A DNA stretch of 61,240 bases, counting the filler, from Rhizaria sp. SCN 62-66 (lineage: Eukaryota), in the NCBI GenBank assembly GCA_001724265.1. It is 4 parts of 4 records of this genome, joined end to end, with 100 filler letters (N's around TTAATTAATTAA, not from the genome) between each part and the next. Parts side by side here need not be neighbours in the genome. Positions count along the whole stretch, not along the records: positions 1 to 17,465 come from MEDY01000676.1; positions 17,566 to 33,464 come from MEDY01000677.1; 2 more parts are not named here. One strand, given 5' to 3'. Below the pieces are notes generated by a model. That model saw only the letters and a list, made by a program, of their open reading frames with translations. It ran no database searches and had not been told where the DNA came from. Below, in pieces: positions 9,616 through 19,417 of this stretch; within the stretch, counting starts at the first letter, position 1, and every line of letters starts with the position of its first letter. A program made the position numbers and the translations under genes.

Positions 9616-11511
9616 TCAGTCAGTCTCAAACATGTGCAGAGGCACCGAGGCCGCATACGCACGCAGTGCGTCGTCGCAGAAAGCTGCTAGCTCGGCCTCC
9701 AAGTCTGCGGGAAGCCCCCCAGCACCGGTACTGCCGAGCGCAGGCCCCTCGGCGGACCGCAACACGTGCTCCCGCAGCCGCGCCATAAGAGGGACCGCCT
9801 GCGCCTCTGCGCGCGCGCAAATAAAGGGCTCCAGTCCGCGCGCGGCGGACATCGGGATGCCGGCCAGCAGTCGCGGGCGCAGCGCGGCAAATACCAGCAA
9901 GTACTGCACGTGCGGCGGCGTAAACGCACCGCGCGCCTGCGAGAGGATAAGCTGCAGCTTTGGCCGCCACTCAATCACTTCGACAACGTCCTCATCGGCA
10001 ACAATCCCCAGGTCGTGACCCACGGCGGCGTTCTCGTACGCCTCCTTGGCCTGCACCAGCATTGCGTTGAGCCGCTGCACAAGAGCACGGAACGCCGGGA
10101 AAGAAAAGCGCAGCGTTGAGACCGTGGGCGCCACCTCAAGCGGCGGCCACAGTCCCGCCGCGGCCAAGTGCGCATTGGCGTCGAGCGTGTGATCCACGCA
10201 GCCGCGCAGCGCGGCCAGCACGGCGTCCGCGCGCACACGGTCCACGCCCTCCAGCTGCGGCTGCGCCTGTGCTAAGCAAAGCGCAGTGGTCGATCCGCCA
10301 GCGCGCAGCGGCGCAAAGCCCTCGAGCAACCGCGCCTGTTCAGCACCAACGGCAAAGGCAAGCGGGATCTGGAAGCCTTCGTACAGGTGGCCCAGCGCGC
10401 GCGCGTGCGCCATCATGTCGTCCATGATAACCACCGCGTCTAAACCGAGAGCGCGCAAGTGCGAGGCCTGTGCGGCGGCAGCCAACAGAGCGGCATGCTG
10501 CTCCAGCGGGGGCGCGCCTGCGTCTGCAAAAACGACCGTGGTGAGCGGCGCGAGCGCAGCGTCGGCAAGCAATGCCTGCACGCGCGCCAGGTGCGCGGGC
10601 GTCTGTCCGACGCAGGCATACACGAGCACTGTCGGTGGCCGCGCGGCCTCGCCAGCGGCGTCAGCGGGACCGTTCTGCGCCACCAAAGCGGCCGCGGCGG
10701 AGACGGCCAGAGTGGGCAAGTCAGCAGAACGCTCGCCGACAAGCGCGACGCGCATGCCGCGGCGCAGCGGGTGCAACAGATCGACGTGTTTGAGACCGGA
10801 GAAAAACACCGCACCTTCGAGAGCGCGCGCCGCGATAGATGGACACGCCGTCACAGCAGCCGCAGCAACAGCAACAGCAGCAGAAGACTCGCTATCTGCC
10901 TTGGCCGATGACATTGCTGTGGAGTGCGAAAGAGGCTGGTGCGTCAGATGCGTGGGCGCGGGCGCGGGCCGGCCGTCGAGCGGGACGCCGCACGCGTCGA
11001 CCGTGCGCCCGAGCCACGCTGCGCCGCAGGGGAAGCGCAACACGCGGTCAGTGGCGCGCTCGGGGACTGTGACGGCGTCGCCCGCAGCGACCTGGTGGCC
11101 CTGTGCGAGCAGTGCGGCAACCATATCGTGCTCCTGCACGCGCACAACCTGCGCGCGGACAACGCCGACACCGGGCACGGACGAGTGCACGTGCACGAGT
11201 GAACCCTGAGCGGCCTCGGGCACGCCGGTGAAGGAAATAACGCAGCCGCGGGAGACGCTCTTGACCTGTGGCAGCAGCGAGGGCGGCTGGCCCGCGGTGC
11301 CGTAGATGTAGTCGTCCTCGGTCACTTTGCGCTGCAGCGAGGCGGACTCCTGCGTCGGCGCCATACCCAGACCTATACCGGAGAACGAGCGGCGCGACAA
11401 CGAAGAGGAAGCATGGGGCAGCAGGGAAACGCCGCCTGTGGACCGGGCGGCGCGCATGGATGTGAGCAGCGCACGGGAGGACGCAAGCCTCTGTGTGACA
11501 CGGCTCAACAT
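9616..11511 (-). CDS. Divergent F1-ATPase alpha-subunit-like protein with probable mitochondrial presequence
   Basis: LGRTVDACGVPLDG, SGLKHVDLLHPLRRGMRVALVGER, VYACVGQ, VVIMDDM, ARLLE and GGSTTAL are collinear with F1-alpha motifs. The N-terminus MLSRVTQRLASSRALLTSMR...RRSFS is Arg/Ser-rich and lacks acidic residues. Walker A GKT is absent. Confidence 0.8.
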   Translation of the reverse strand: MLSRVTQRLASSRALLTSMRAARSTGGVSLLPHASSSLSRRSFSGIGLGMAPTQESASLQRKVTEDDYIYGTAGQPPSLLPQVKSVSRGCVISFTGVPEAAQGSLVHVHSSVPGVGVVRAQVVRVQEHDMVAALLAQGHQVAAGDAVTVPERATDRVLRFPCGAAWLGRTVDACGVPLDGRPAPAPTHLTHQPLSHSTAMSSAKADSESSAAVAVAAAAVTACPSIAARALEGAVFFSGLKHVDLLHPLRRGMRVALVGERSADLPTLAVSAAAALVAQNGPADAAGEAARPPTVLVYACVGQTPAHLARVQALLADAALAPLTTVVFADAGAPPLEQHAALLAAAAQASHLRALGLDAVVIMDDMMAHARALGHLYEGFQIPLAFAVGAEQARLLEGFAPLRAGGSTTALCLAQAQPQLEGVDRVRADAVLAALRGCVDHTLDANAHLAAAGLWPPLEVAPTVSTLRFSFPAFRALVQRLNAMLVQAKEAYENAAVGHDLGIVADEDVVEVIEWRPKLQLILSQARGAFTPPHVQYLLVFAALRPRLLAGIPMSAARGLEPFICARAEAQAVPLMARLREHVLRSAEGPALGSTGAGGLPADLEAELAAFCDDALRAYAASVPLHMFETD

Positions 11512-12084
11512 ACTGCGAGTGCGTTGCGTTGACTAGTTAGGGTAGTGCTTTGACAAAGGTCCGTTAGGCAATATCAAGGCTGTGTAAAGGGCGAAGTTCT
11601 GAGCGCCGATTGAAGGGTATATCAAGTGTAATAGAAGTGTGAGCGAGAGTGGTAATAAAAAAAAAACACTTCATGTAGGATAAGGCACAGCAGTCGCTAT
11701 TCAACGATGCCAGCTGGTGGTATAGGCCGTCGCAATTGGTCTCCAGTCAATCCTTCTTTCGGTCGGTTGGTCAGCAAAGGTTCGCAAAAAATCAGGGCGG
11801 GAGGGCAGCAGCGAATTGCAACTACCCCCTTATTTAAATGCCCTGTATTACGGTTTTATCTTCGTGAATGCATATTTACTTTTCAAACGAGAACAGCCGT
11901 AGACCTAACTTATTACAAAACCATATTATTTTTCACGCGGCGGTTGAAACCATAGCCTGGTACGAAGATTCGTTCCCCCCTCTCAACCCGCTGCTCTGCT
12001 TTGATTCACTCTGCCGCCTGCTATTTGTACTTGTCCAGGTCTTAGTCGTTCAGTGCCAACCGGAACGTTCCCTTGGTGACAACT

Positions 12085-15000
12085 ATGGGCGCGTGCGAAG
12101 GGCGTGAGCGCTCGGCCTCCGATGCTGACGCGAACAACAGCACTCCATGGGGTCCGGACGGCTACCCTGCCAGCGGTGACGGAAGCAAGCAGGGCGATGA
12201 CAACCCTCTAAACACTCCCGTGCCCCGCGGCGGACCGCGTAAGCATACCAAGGTTTCTGAGCAGGATGATTCAGATCTATCATCGCCACCAACACCAGAT
12301 ATAGACCCAACCGAGGTCGAATTCCATGATGAACCCATTATGACGACAGGCACCTCATTCCTTGCGATGAGCGACGACGTCGTCTTCACACCGCTGCCCA
12401 TCGACGCGGACCCTAACGACGAGCTGGGCCGCCGTGTCCCGGTCCTGCTTAACCCCAACCCCGTTCCGGGCACTGGCGCTGACGCCGCTGTTCCCACTCC
12501 TGCTGACGTGTTAGCTGTCACTGCTGCTGTTGCTGAGGCGACAGCTGCCTCTCATGCGTCATACCCTGCTCCTGCGACAGCTCCCGCGAAGGACACCGCG
12601 GTCGTTGCTCCTGACATGCACAGCCCCTGCGCCGCCGTGGACGCTGCGCCGCTCTTCTCAAGCACCGCCACGCCCGCAGCTTCCACTGGCGACTGTCTCA
12701 CATCGCTGCCCAGTGCCAACGTCGCTCCCAGTGAGACCAGCAATAGCGCAGCCGTCAGCACTGCCAGCTCGACCTCTGACGCCGGCGCGGGTCTCTCAAC
12801 CGCCATCACGCCCGTTTCCGCCAATAGCGACGACGATGACGACAACGATAACACCGCCACGACTCAGACTGCGAGCACCAGCAACAGCAACAGTGTCAGT
12901 GTGAGCGATCTCAGTCTCGTGCGCCCCGCTTCTCCCCGCTCGTCAACCTCCGCAGCCTTCGACTCATCAGAGGCGCAGTTTATGACCCCTGTGCAGGCCT
13001 CGGCGGACGCGCTTGCACACGCTCTCGTCGTGCCCACAACGGCCGCGACCATGGCTGCCTGCGTCACCACTGCCAATGCCAATGCTCCTCTTGTCTCGAC
13101 CGCGTTTACTGACTCTGCGGCGGCCTCTGTAGTGGCGCCTGTCTCGTCAAAGGCCAGTGCTAAAGAGAGCGCTCAGACTAGCGCTAAGAGCAGTGCTGCA
13201 CAGGCTGCCGCCGTCTCTGTCTCTGACTCGTCATCCGAGGTCGAGGCTGAGACCAAGTCTGAGCCGGACTCTGTTGCTGCTGCCAAACTTAACGTCTTGA
13301 AGCCCTCTGCCGCCAACGAGCAGCAACAGCTGGCTCAGGCTCAAACCCAGATTCAGCAGCAACAGACTCAACAACAGAAGCCTGCGCCCGCAGCCGCTTC
13401 TGCACCTGCGTTGACTGCTGCGTCCACTAGTACTGCGCCCACGACTGCTGCGCCTGCGTCTGCGCAGGTGCAAAAGCCCGAGCCCGTCGCCCTCGCGCTC
13501 GCTGTGACCGACACCACCACGGAGACCGAAGTCGTCGTGTCCCCCCGTGGCGGCGACGCCGACCAGGGCCTCAGCAGTCTGCGCCTGTCCGCGCCGCAGC
13601 TCTCCGACGCCGTGCTGGTGCCCGCCGCGCTGCTGTCACCCGCGCGCCCCGTCTCAGTCTCCGCCGAGGCCGCCGCGCTGCGTGCACTGGGCGCCGGCGT
13701 GCTGGACCTGGCCCCCGTGGCCGCGCCCACGCCCGTGTCCCGCTCGCAGCGCAACGCCGCGCGGTCCACACTCGTCCCCGCAGTGCCGCAGTCGCCCGCG
13801 ATGCTCAACTCCATGTCGCTCACGACTACATCGTCGCTGTCGGCGTCGGCGTTGGCGTCGTTACCGCCGGCATCACCGGGTACCACGCGCGACCGCCGCG
13901 CGGGAAGCAAAAGCGGCAAAGCCATCAAGGCCGCCGCCGCTGTTGCCGCCGCCTCGGCCACCTCACCTTTTGCCGGCGCGCTTACTCTGGATAGCAGTCG
14001 TCTGTCCTTCTCGTCCAACGGCTCCCCGGCGGGCGGTCTGACCGGCGTCCCAGGCTCGCCCGCTTTCTACCCGCCTCTGTCCGCTTACGCCTCGTCGCCA
14101 GCCTTTGCGCCTTACGCCGGCCTTACCTTCGCGCCGTACCCGGGCTACATGGGGCCCGACACCGCGCCCTCACCCATGAGCTCGCCGCTGGGCACGCCGA
14201 TGCTGGGCTCGCGCGACGCCTCCGCCGCGGGGCCCAGCTCGCTGGCCACGGCTTTTACCGGCGGCGCAGCCAATGCCACGGGCGACAGCAAGACGCGCGC
14301 GCACAGTCTCAAAACCGCGCGTGATGGCGCGGGCTCCGAGAGCGACTCTGCGGCCACGCCCACGCTCACTGCGGAGCCGCTGTTGAACACGCCGTCGCCG
14401 TCGCAAAACACTAGCTCCGGCGACTTTGCCTCGACTAGCAGGCGCTACAAGCGCTCGCAGCGCGTTGACGCTGACGCCGTTGCCCTCGCACCGCCCACCG
14501 TGGCGTCCGCTGCTCTTGTTTCTCCAACTGCTGCACCTGCCAAGGCCGCGGCCGCTGTGTCCACATCCGCGTCTGAGACTGCGTCCACTTCTGCGTCGAC
14601 GACTGCGGCTGCTGTTGACACGGCCAAGGCTGCAAACAAGGCCGCCGCTGAGGTTGCGGCAAAGGCAAAGGCTGAAGCGGATGCAAAGGCTGCACGCAAA
14701 GCGGAGGCTGATACCAAAGCGGCTACTGCCGCTGAGGCGAGAGCTGCCGCCGAGGCCAAGGCTGCCGCCGAGGCCAAGGCTGCCGCCGAGGCCAAGGCTG
14801 CCGCCGAGGCCAAGGCTGCCGCCGAGGCCAAGGCTGCTGCTGAGACCAAGGCTGCTGCTAAGGCCGCCAAGGCTCAGGCAAAGGCTGAGAGCGAAGCCGC
14901 TGCTGCTGCCGCTGCCGCAGTCGCCGCGACTGCGAAAAAAGCCGCTGATGAGCATGCTGCCACCGCAAACGCCGCGGAGATCGCCGCCGCCGCTGCCGCT

Positions 15001-15933
15001 GCTGCTGCTGCTGCTGCTGCTGCTGCCGCCGCCAAGGCCGCCGCCGAGGCCGCCGCTAAGGCTGCCGTGCCTGTGCGCGACTACGTCGAATCCGACGTGT
15101 TCCCGCGCTTCACGGCGGGTGAAGAAAAGCCCAAGAACCGCTGGGACGAAGGCGACCCGACACGCGTCAAGGTGCGCGGCAAGCAGTACATGAAGGATGA
15201 TGTCAAGATCACGGCCGTGGAACCTGCGTTTGTGACGTTGGGCATGGTCGTGGTCAAGACGCCAGAGCCCGTGACGCACTGCGCGGCGCGTCTGCCACGG
15301 CTGCGTGAGTTCCTCGACGAACAAGTCGCTAATTTCCCATTTTTTGTCATTTTCACGTGGATGTTGCCTGGCGACAACCCGCTGACCGTGGTGCAGGTGT
15401 GCGGGCGCACGCTGCCGCGCGGCGAGGACGAGAGTTTTGACCGCGTGTTTGACACGTATGTGGCCTCTGAGGACGCGTACCGGCGCGACCGCATCAAGTT
15501 CCTGTGCTCAATGGAAACGGCGCCGTGGGTCGTGACGTTCTCGCTCAACAACCTGGCGGGCAATAAGCCTGCGCTAATTGGCAACAAGCTCGAGTGCTCA
15601 CATTTCACGGGGCCTAACTACGTCGAGATTGACATCGACGTCGGCTCCAGTAAAATCGCATCCGCACTTAGCGGCATTATCTACTCCAACGCCAAGGCGC
15701 TGGCACTGCATCTAGGCTTCATGGTTGAGGGCCGTTGCCCAGAGGAGCTGCCCGAACGCCTTATCTCCATCTCCAAGTTCATCCACGTTGCGCCTAAGGT
15801 TGTTTGCCAGGAGTACACCGCCGATGAGCTGCTGCCCGCGCTTGCAGCCGACGCAGAAGCCGCGCGCTCGCGCCAGAACCGCGAGACATACGCCGCGGAG
15901 AACGGCTCAACACCCGGGACCGTCGAGAAATAA
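12085..15933 (+). CDS. Large low-complexity protein with C-terminal EDR2_C (DUF1336) domain
   Basis: C-terminal WDEGDPTRVKVRGKQYMKDDVK, RDRIKFL, KPALIG, YVEIDIDVGSSKIA and GFMVEGRCPEELPERL are typical of DUF1336. First ATG at 12085 (MGACEG). Ends TAA. Confidence 0.8.
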   Translation: MGACEGRERSASDADANNSTPWGPDGYPASGDGSKQGDDNPLNTPVPRGGPRKHTKVSEQDDSDLSSPPTPDIDPTEVEFHDEPIMTTGTSFLAMSDDVVFTPLPIDADPNDELGRRVPVLLNPNPVPGTGADAAVPTPADVLAVTAAVAEATAASHASYPAPATAPAKDTAVVAPDMHSPCAAVDAAPLFSSTATPAASTGDCLTSLPSANVAPSETSNSAAVSTASSTSDAGAGLSTAITPVSANSDDDDDNDNTATTQTASTSNSNSVSVSDLSLVRPASPRSSTSAAFDSSEAQFMTPVQASADALAHALVVPTTAATMAACVTTANANAPLVSTAFTDSAAASVVAPVSSKASAKESAQTSAKSSAAQAAAVSVSDSSSEVEAETKSEPDSVAAAKLNVLKPSAANEQQQLAQAQTQIQQQQTQQQKPAPAAASAPALTAASTSTAPTTAAPASAQVQKPEPVALALAVTDTTTETEVVVSPRGGDADQGLSSLRLSAPQLSDAVLVPAALLSPARPVSVSAEAAALRALGAGVLDLAPVAAPTPVSRSQRNAARSTLVPAVPQSPAMLNSMSLTTTSSLSASALASLPPASPGTTRDRRAGSKSGKAIKAAAAVAAASATSPFAGALTLDSSRLSFSSNGSPAGGLTGVPGSPAFYPPLSAYASSPAFAPYAGLTFAPYPGYMGPDTAPSPMSSPLGTPMLGSRDASAAGPSSLATAFTGGAANATGDSKTRAHSLKTARDGAGSESDSAATPTLTAEPLLNTPSPSQNTSSGDFASTSRRYKRSQRVDADAVALAPPTVASAALVSPTAAPAKAAAAVSTSASETASTSASTTAAAVDTAKAANKAAAEVAAKAKAEADAKAARKAEADTKAATAAEARAAAEAKAAAEAKAAAEAKAAAEAKAAAEAKAAAETKAAAKAAKAQAKAESEAAAAAAAAVAATAKKAADEHAATANAAEIAAAAAAAAAAAAAAAAAKAAAEAAAKAAVPVRDYVESDVFPRFTAGEEKPKNRWDEGDPTRVKVRGKQYMKDDVKITAVEPAFVTLGMVVVKTPEPVTHCAARLPRLREFLDEQVANFPFFVIFTWMLPGDNPLTVVQVCGRTLPRGEDESFDRVFDTYVASEDAYRRDRIKFLCSMETAPWVVTFSLNNLAGNKPALIGNKLECSHFTGPNYVEIDIDVGSSKIASALSGIIYSNAKALALHLGFMVEGRCPEELPERLISISKFIHVAPKVVCQEYTADELLPALAADAEAARSRQNRETYAAENGSTPGTVEK
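14743..14850 (+). repeat. 18-bp coding tandem repeat (AAAEAK)n
   Basis: GCTGCCGCCGAGGCCAAG x5 exact, plus one variant GCTGCTGCTGAGACCAAG. Confidence 0.9.
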
Positions 15934-16580
15934 TGCGGTCACTGGTCGTGTTTCTTGTGTCATCGACCGACATCCCAGGATTTTGCCCTTCTGTGAGTCG
16001 GTACAGCTTGCTTAGTGGATTTTATCGTGCTTCTTTGAGTATGCCTGGTGATATCTTTTTGTATTTTTGTATAGTTTGTTCTACCTTTTCATTACTTTTA
16101 GTGTCTGCGTGTGTAATGGTGTATGCCGCCCTCGTCGCTGTGCGGAGGCCTGGCGTTGACCTTTCGACGGTCCGCCGAGTACTACTGGCCTACCGTTGCG
16201 CGAGCGTGCGTGTGTATCATTGCATACGCCTCAGTGTTGTCTTTTTGTCACCACTATTTTTTCCCGCGCTTCAGTCTTGCCTCCTGTCTGTGGCGCAATG
16301 TAATTGGTTTTTATATCTTCCACCCCTTCTCGATTCTGTCCCTCTCAACTGCTTGTACGACACTACCAGTACATCCACCATCATCAATCGCAAATGCAGG
16401 GCATCCTGCTTGAATACATGTGCTTACCTCTAGCAATCATGCCCACTTTATTTTCAACCCACCACAAACGCGCGTTGTGATGCAAGCGAAATGAAGGGCT
16501 CGATGACGCCTCCTGTAATTCGCTATGGTTTGACTTTAATTGATCGCCAATAGAACTGTGCTTCCACCACCTGTTAAAAC

Positions 16581-17453
16581 ATGTCTATTTCAAAACGTGT
16601 CGTTATTGTAACTGGCGGAGCACGCGGTCTTGGTCGTGCAATTGCCACCAGCTTTCTTGAGAAGGGCGACCGCGTGAGCATCGCCGACGTTGACTCCACC
16701 GCTTCGGACACGTTCTCCCAATGGTGCGAGGAGAACGGATTCAAAGACACAGTGCAGTTTCACAAGGCAGATGTTTCCGTTGAGGCCGACGTGAAGCGCT
16801 ACATCGCTGACACACTCGCCGGATTCAAGGCAGATACCATCAACGTCGTCGTGAACAACGCCGCCCTCGCGAATCCCTTTTACGCAACCTCCACCACTGC
16901 CGACACATCTGCCCCTGCTGACAGCTCCCCCGCGCTGCCCGCGCTGGCTTCACTGAGCTTTGAGACGTGGTCGCGGTTCTTACACGTGAACTTGTCGTCC
17001 GTGTTTCTGGTCACAAAGCACGCCACACCCGCGCTCGTCGCAGCTGCTCGCGCGAAGCAGGGCGCCAGCGTCGTCAACATCTCCTCCACACGGGCACGCA
17101 TGAGCGAGCCGGCGACCGAGCCCTACGCGGCAAGCAAGGGCGGCGTTGACGCCCTTACACACGCGCTCAATGCTTCGCTCGGTCCCTTTGGCGTTCGCGT
17201 CAACGGCGTTGCGCCTGGCTGGGTCGACACAACGGGCCCTGTCCCCGCGCGCGCAGACGCTGCTGAGGCATACGGCTCGGGCGTCCGCGAGCAAGACCAC
17301 GCGTTCCACCCCGCGGGGCGCGTGGGGCTGCCGCGCGACATCGCTGCTGCTGTGTTGTTCCTCGCTGACCCCGCCGCTTCGGGGTTCATTGCGGGCCAGG
17401 TGGTCGCAGTCGATGGAGGCGTCACTACCAAAATGGTCTATCCCGACGAGTGA
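16581..17453 (+). CDS. Classical short-chain dehydrogenase/reductase
   Basis: TGGARGLG (TGxxxGxG), VNNAA, NISS, YAASK (YxxxK), VRVNGVAPGWVDT, FIAGQVVAVDGG. Ends TGA. Confidence 0.95.
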   Translation: MSISKRVVIVTGGARGLGRAIATSFLEKGDRVSIADVDSTASDTFSQWCEENGFKDTVQFHKADVSVEADVKRYIADTLAGFKADTINVVVNNAALANPFYATSTTADTSAPADSSPALPALASLSFETWSRFLHVNLSSVFLVTKHATPALVAAARAKQGASVVNISSTRARMSEPATEPYAASKGGVDALTHALNASLGPFGVRVNGVAPGWVDTTGPVPARADAAEAYGSGVREQDHAFHPAGRVGLPRDIAAAVLFLADPAASGFIAGQVVAVDGGVTTKMVYPDE

Positions 17454-17465
17454 GTTGCCAAGAGA

Positions 17466-17565
17466 NNNNNNNNNNNNNNNNNNNNNNNNNNNNNNNNNNN
17501 NNNNNNNNNTTAATTAATTAANNNNNNNNNNNNNNNNNNNNNNNNNNNNNNNNNNNNNNNNNNNN
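17466..17565. other. Artificial contig linker N44-TTAATTAATTAA-N44
   Basis: Exactly 100 nt. The core gives stops in all six frames. Identical at three places in the window. Confidence 0.97.
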
Positions 17566-17566
17566 T

Positions 17567-17692
17567 CTCGTCGAGCTCCACGGCGGCGTCGAGCACATCA
17601 AGGACTTCGAGGCCCAGCTCGAGATGGCCGGCGTCACCGTCGACCGCCCCGCTGAGGAGGAGGCTGTTGCCGAGGAGGTTGCTGCCGAGTAA
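17567..17692 (+). CDS. RPS3A: C-terminal fragment, probably ribosomal protein eS1/S3a
   Basis: LVELHGGVEHIKDFEAQLEMAGVTVDRPAEEEAVAEEVAAE-TAA resembles the eS1 tail LMELHG...G.KVERP. Strongly biased codon usage. Truncated by the linker. Confidence 0.55.
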   Translation, partial: LVELHGGVEHIKDFEAQLEMAGVTVDRPAEEEAVAEEVAAE

Positions 17693-17976
17693 GTGAATGA
17701 TGCACCTTGTGTGCACCATTGACGAAATAACCAAATACAATTGACCACGCCATGTTTACATCCGCATCTAATATTTCAGCTATCTACTTGATCAAAAATG
17801 TCGTACTTATCTCGATGTATTCTGAATTAACGATGGGATTGTGTATAGAAAATGAAACGTGTGATCTATAGTAATCTATCTACAGGCGACGTTGTGCACA
17901 GCATTTTGCAACCATGCGAATGCACAACTGTCCGCTAAACGTATTCTTGTTCTGTGCAGCAGCAGAGTTGAAGTGT

Positions 17977-19385
17977 TTAATAAAAGTCCCTCTGCTGCTG
18001 GTTCTTCTGCACCCTCTTGGCGACCTTCTTGCCGCACTTGTAGTGCATGACGACGCAGGCGCCGTCGCCGCTGACGACGATGCCCATGTCCTGCGTGCCC
18101 GCCGCGTAGGCTGCGACGTGCTGGCTGTCTTCGGCCAGCGCGTGCGCCGCCTTGGCCGCCACAACGGCCGAGAGGATGTGCGGTGGCAGCGACCCGCCCG
18201 GCTCGGACAGCAGCAGCACGGGGTAGACCGACACGACGGTGCGCTCGCCGATGAGCTTCATGCACTCGGGGCAGCGCGACGTCGGCATCACCACCAGCGC
18301 CGGCTGCCGCGCGCGCAGCACCTCCTCCTTGGTCTTGAGGAAGTGCATGCGGTGCAGCGCGGCGGCGATCTGCATCGTGCGTCGGTGGTGCAGCAGCTCG
18401 GGTACCGCGCGCGACAGGTACGGCATCGCGGCACGAAGCGGGAACGAGTCAGGCAGCACCGAGAGCACGTCGAGCGGCGACAGGTGGCGCCAGTGGTCGC
18501 GCAGGATCGCCATCACGTGCTGCAGCCACGACGCGCCGGCGCCCTCGGCCGCGGCCGCGCTGGCCTTGTTCGCGGCCGCGGTGTGGGTCACCACGCGCCG
18601 CAGCCGCGGGTCGAAGGCGTAGTCGACGTGCGGCATCTCCTCGGGGCTCTCCGTCGGCAGCATCGACACCGCCGCGCTCGCGGAGCTGCCACCACCACTT
18701 GCGGCACTGCTGCTCGAGGTGGCAGCGGCGGCAGCGGCGGCGGCAGCGGCGGCGCGGCGCGGGGCGCTCGTCTCGCTGTTGTTGCTCGCGGCGGCCGCGG
18801 CCGCGGCGCGGCGGTCGTAGTCCTGCAGCGCGGCGGGCGAGACGTCGAGCACAGCCTTGAGCGTCGAGATCACAGTGATGGCGCCCGTGGCGCCGATCGT
18901 CTTAGCCGTCGTCACGCCCGCCAGCGCGCCCGCGTCGTCGTCGCCGTCGCCCTCGCTGTCGCTGCCGCTGCCATCGCTGGCGCTGGCGCTGGCGCTAGCA
19001 TCGCTGCGGCCGCCGCTCTTGCTCTCGTCGCCGCCGCGGCCGCCACGGCGGTCACGGCCACGGCGCTCGCGGACGCTGCGGTCGTAAGATGCGTCCTCGT
19101 CGTCCTCGTCCTCGTCGTTGTCGTCGGCGTCGCCGATGTCGATCTTGGCCAGGTCCGCGACCTCGCCCGCGCTGGCGGGGTGCGCCGCGCGGAACCCGGC
19201 CGAGCATAGCGCCTGCAGCAGCAGCGCGTACACGTTCGGTGGGGTCAGCGCCGCCAGTGGCACCATCGGGCCCGCGCTGGCCGCAGCTGCAGCCGCAGCC
19301 GCCGCGGCAGCCGTGGTCGCGGCGGCGGCAGCGGCGGCTTTGCTGGCGCTGGTGCCGTCTTCCTCCGCGGCGGCTGCGGCGGCCG

Positions 19386-19417
<32 letters not shown>

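Noticed and set aside
14743-14850. Regular repeats as a CRISPR array or bacterial TolA gene
   Set aside because: These are spacerless in-frame tandem repeats within a eukaryotic DUF1336 protein; no cas or tol-pal context.
17510-17521. TTAATTAATTAA palindrome as a biological repeat
   Set aside because: It is an assembly linker embedded in N runs and recurs identically three times.
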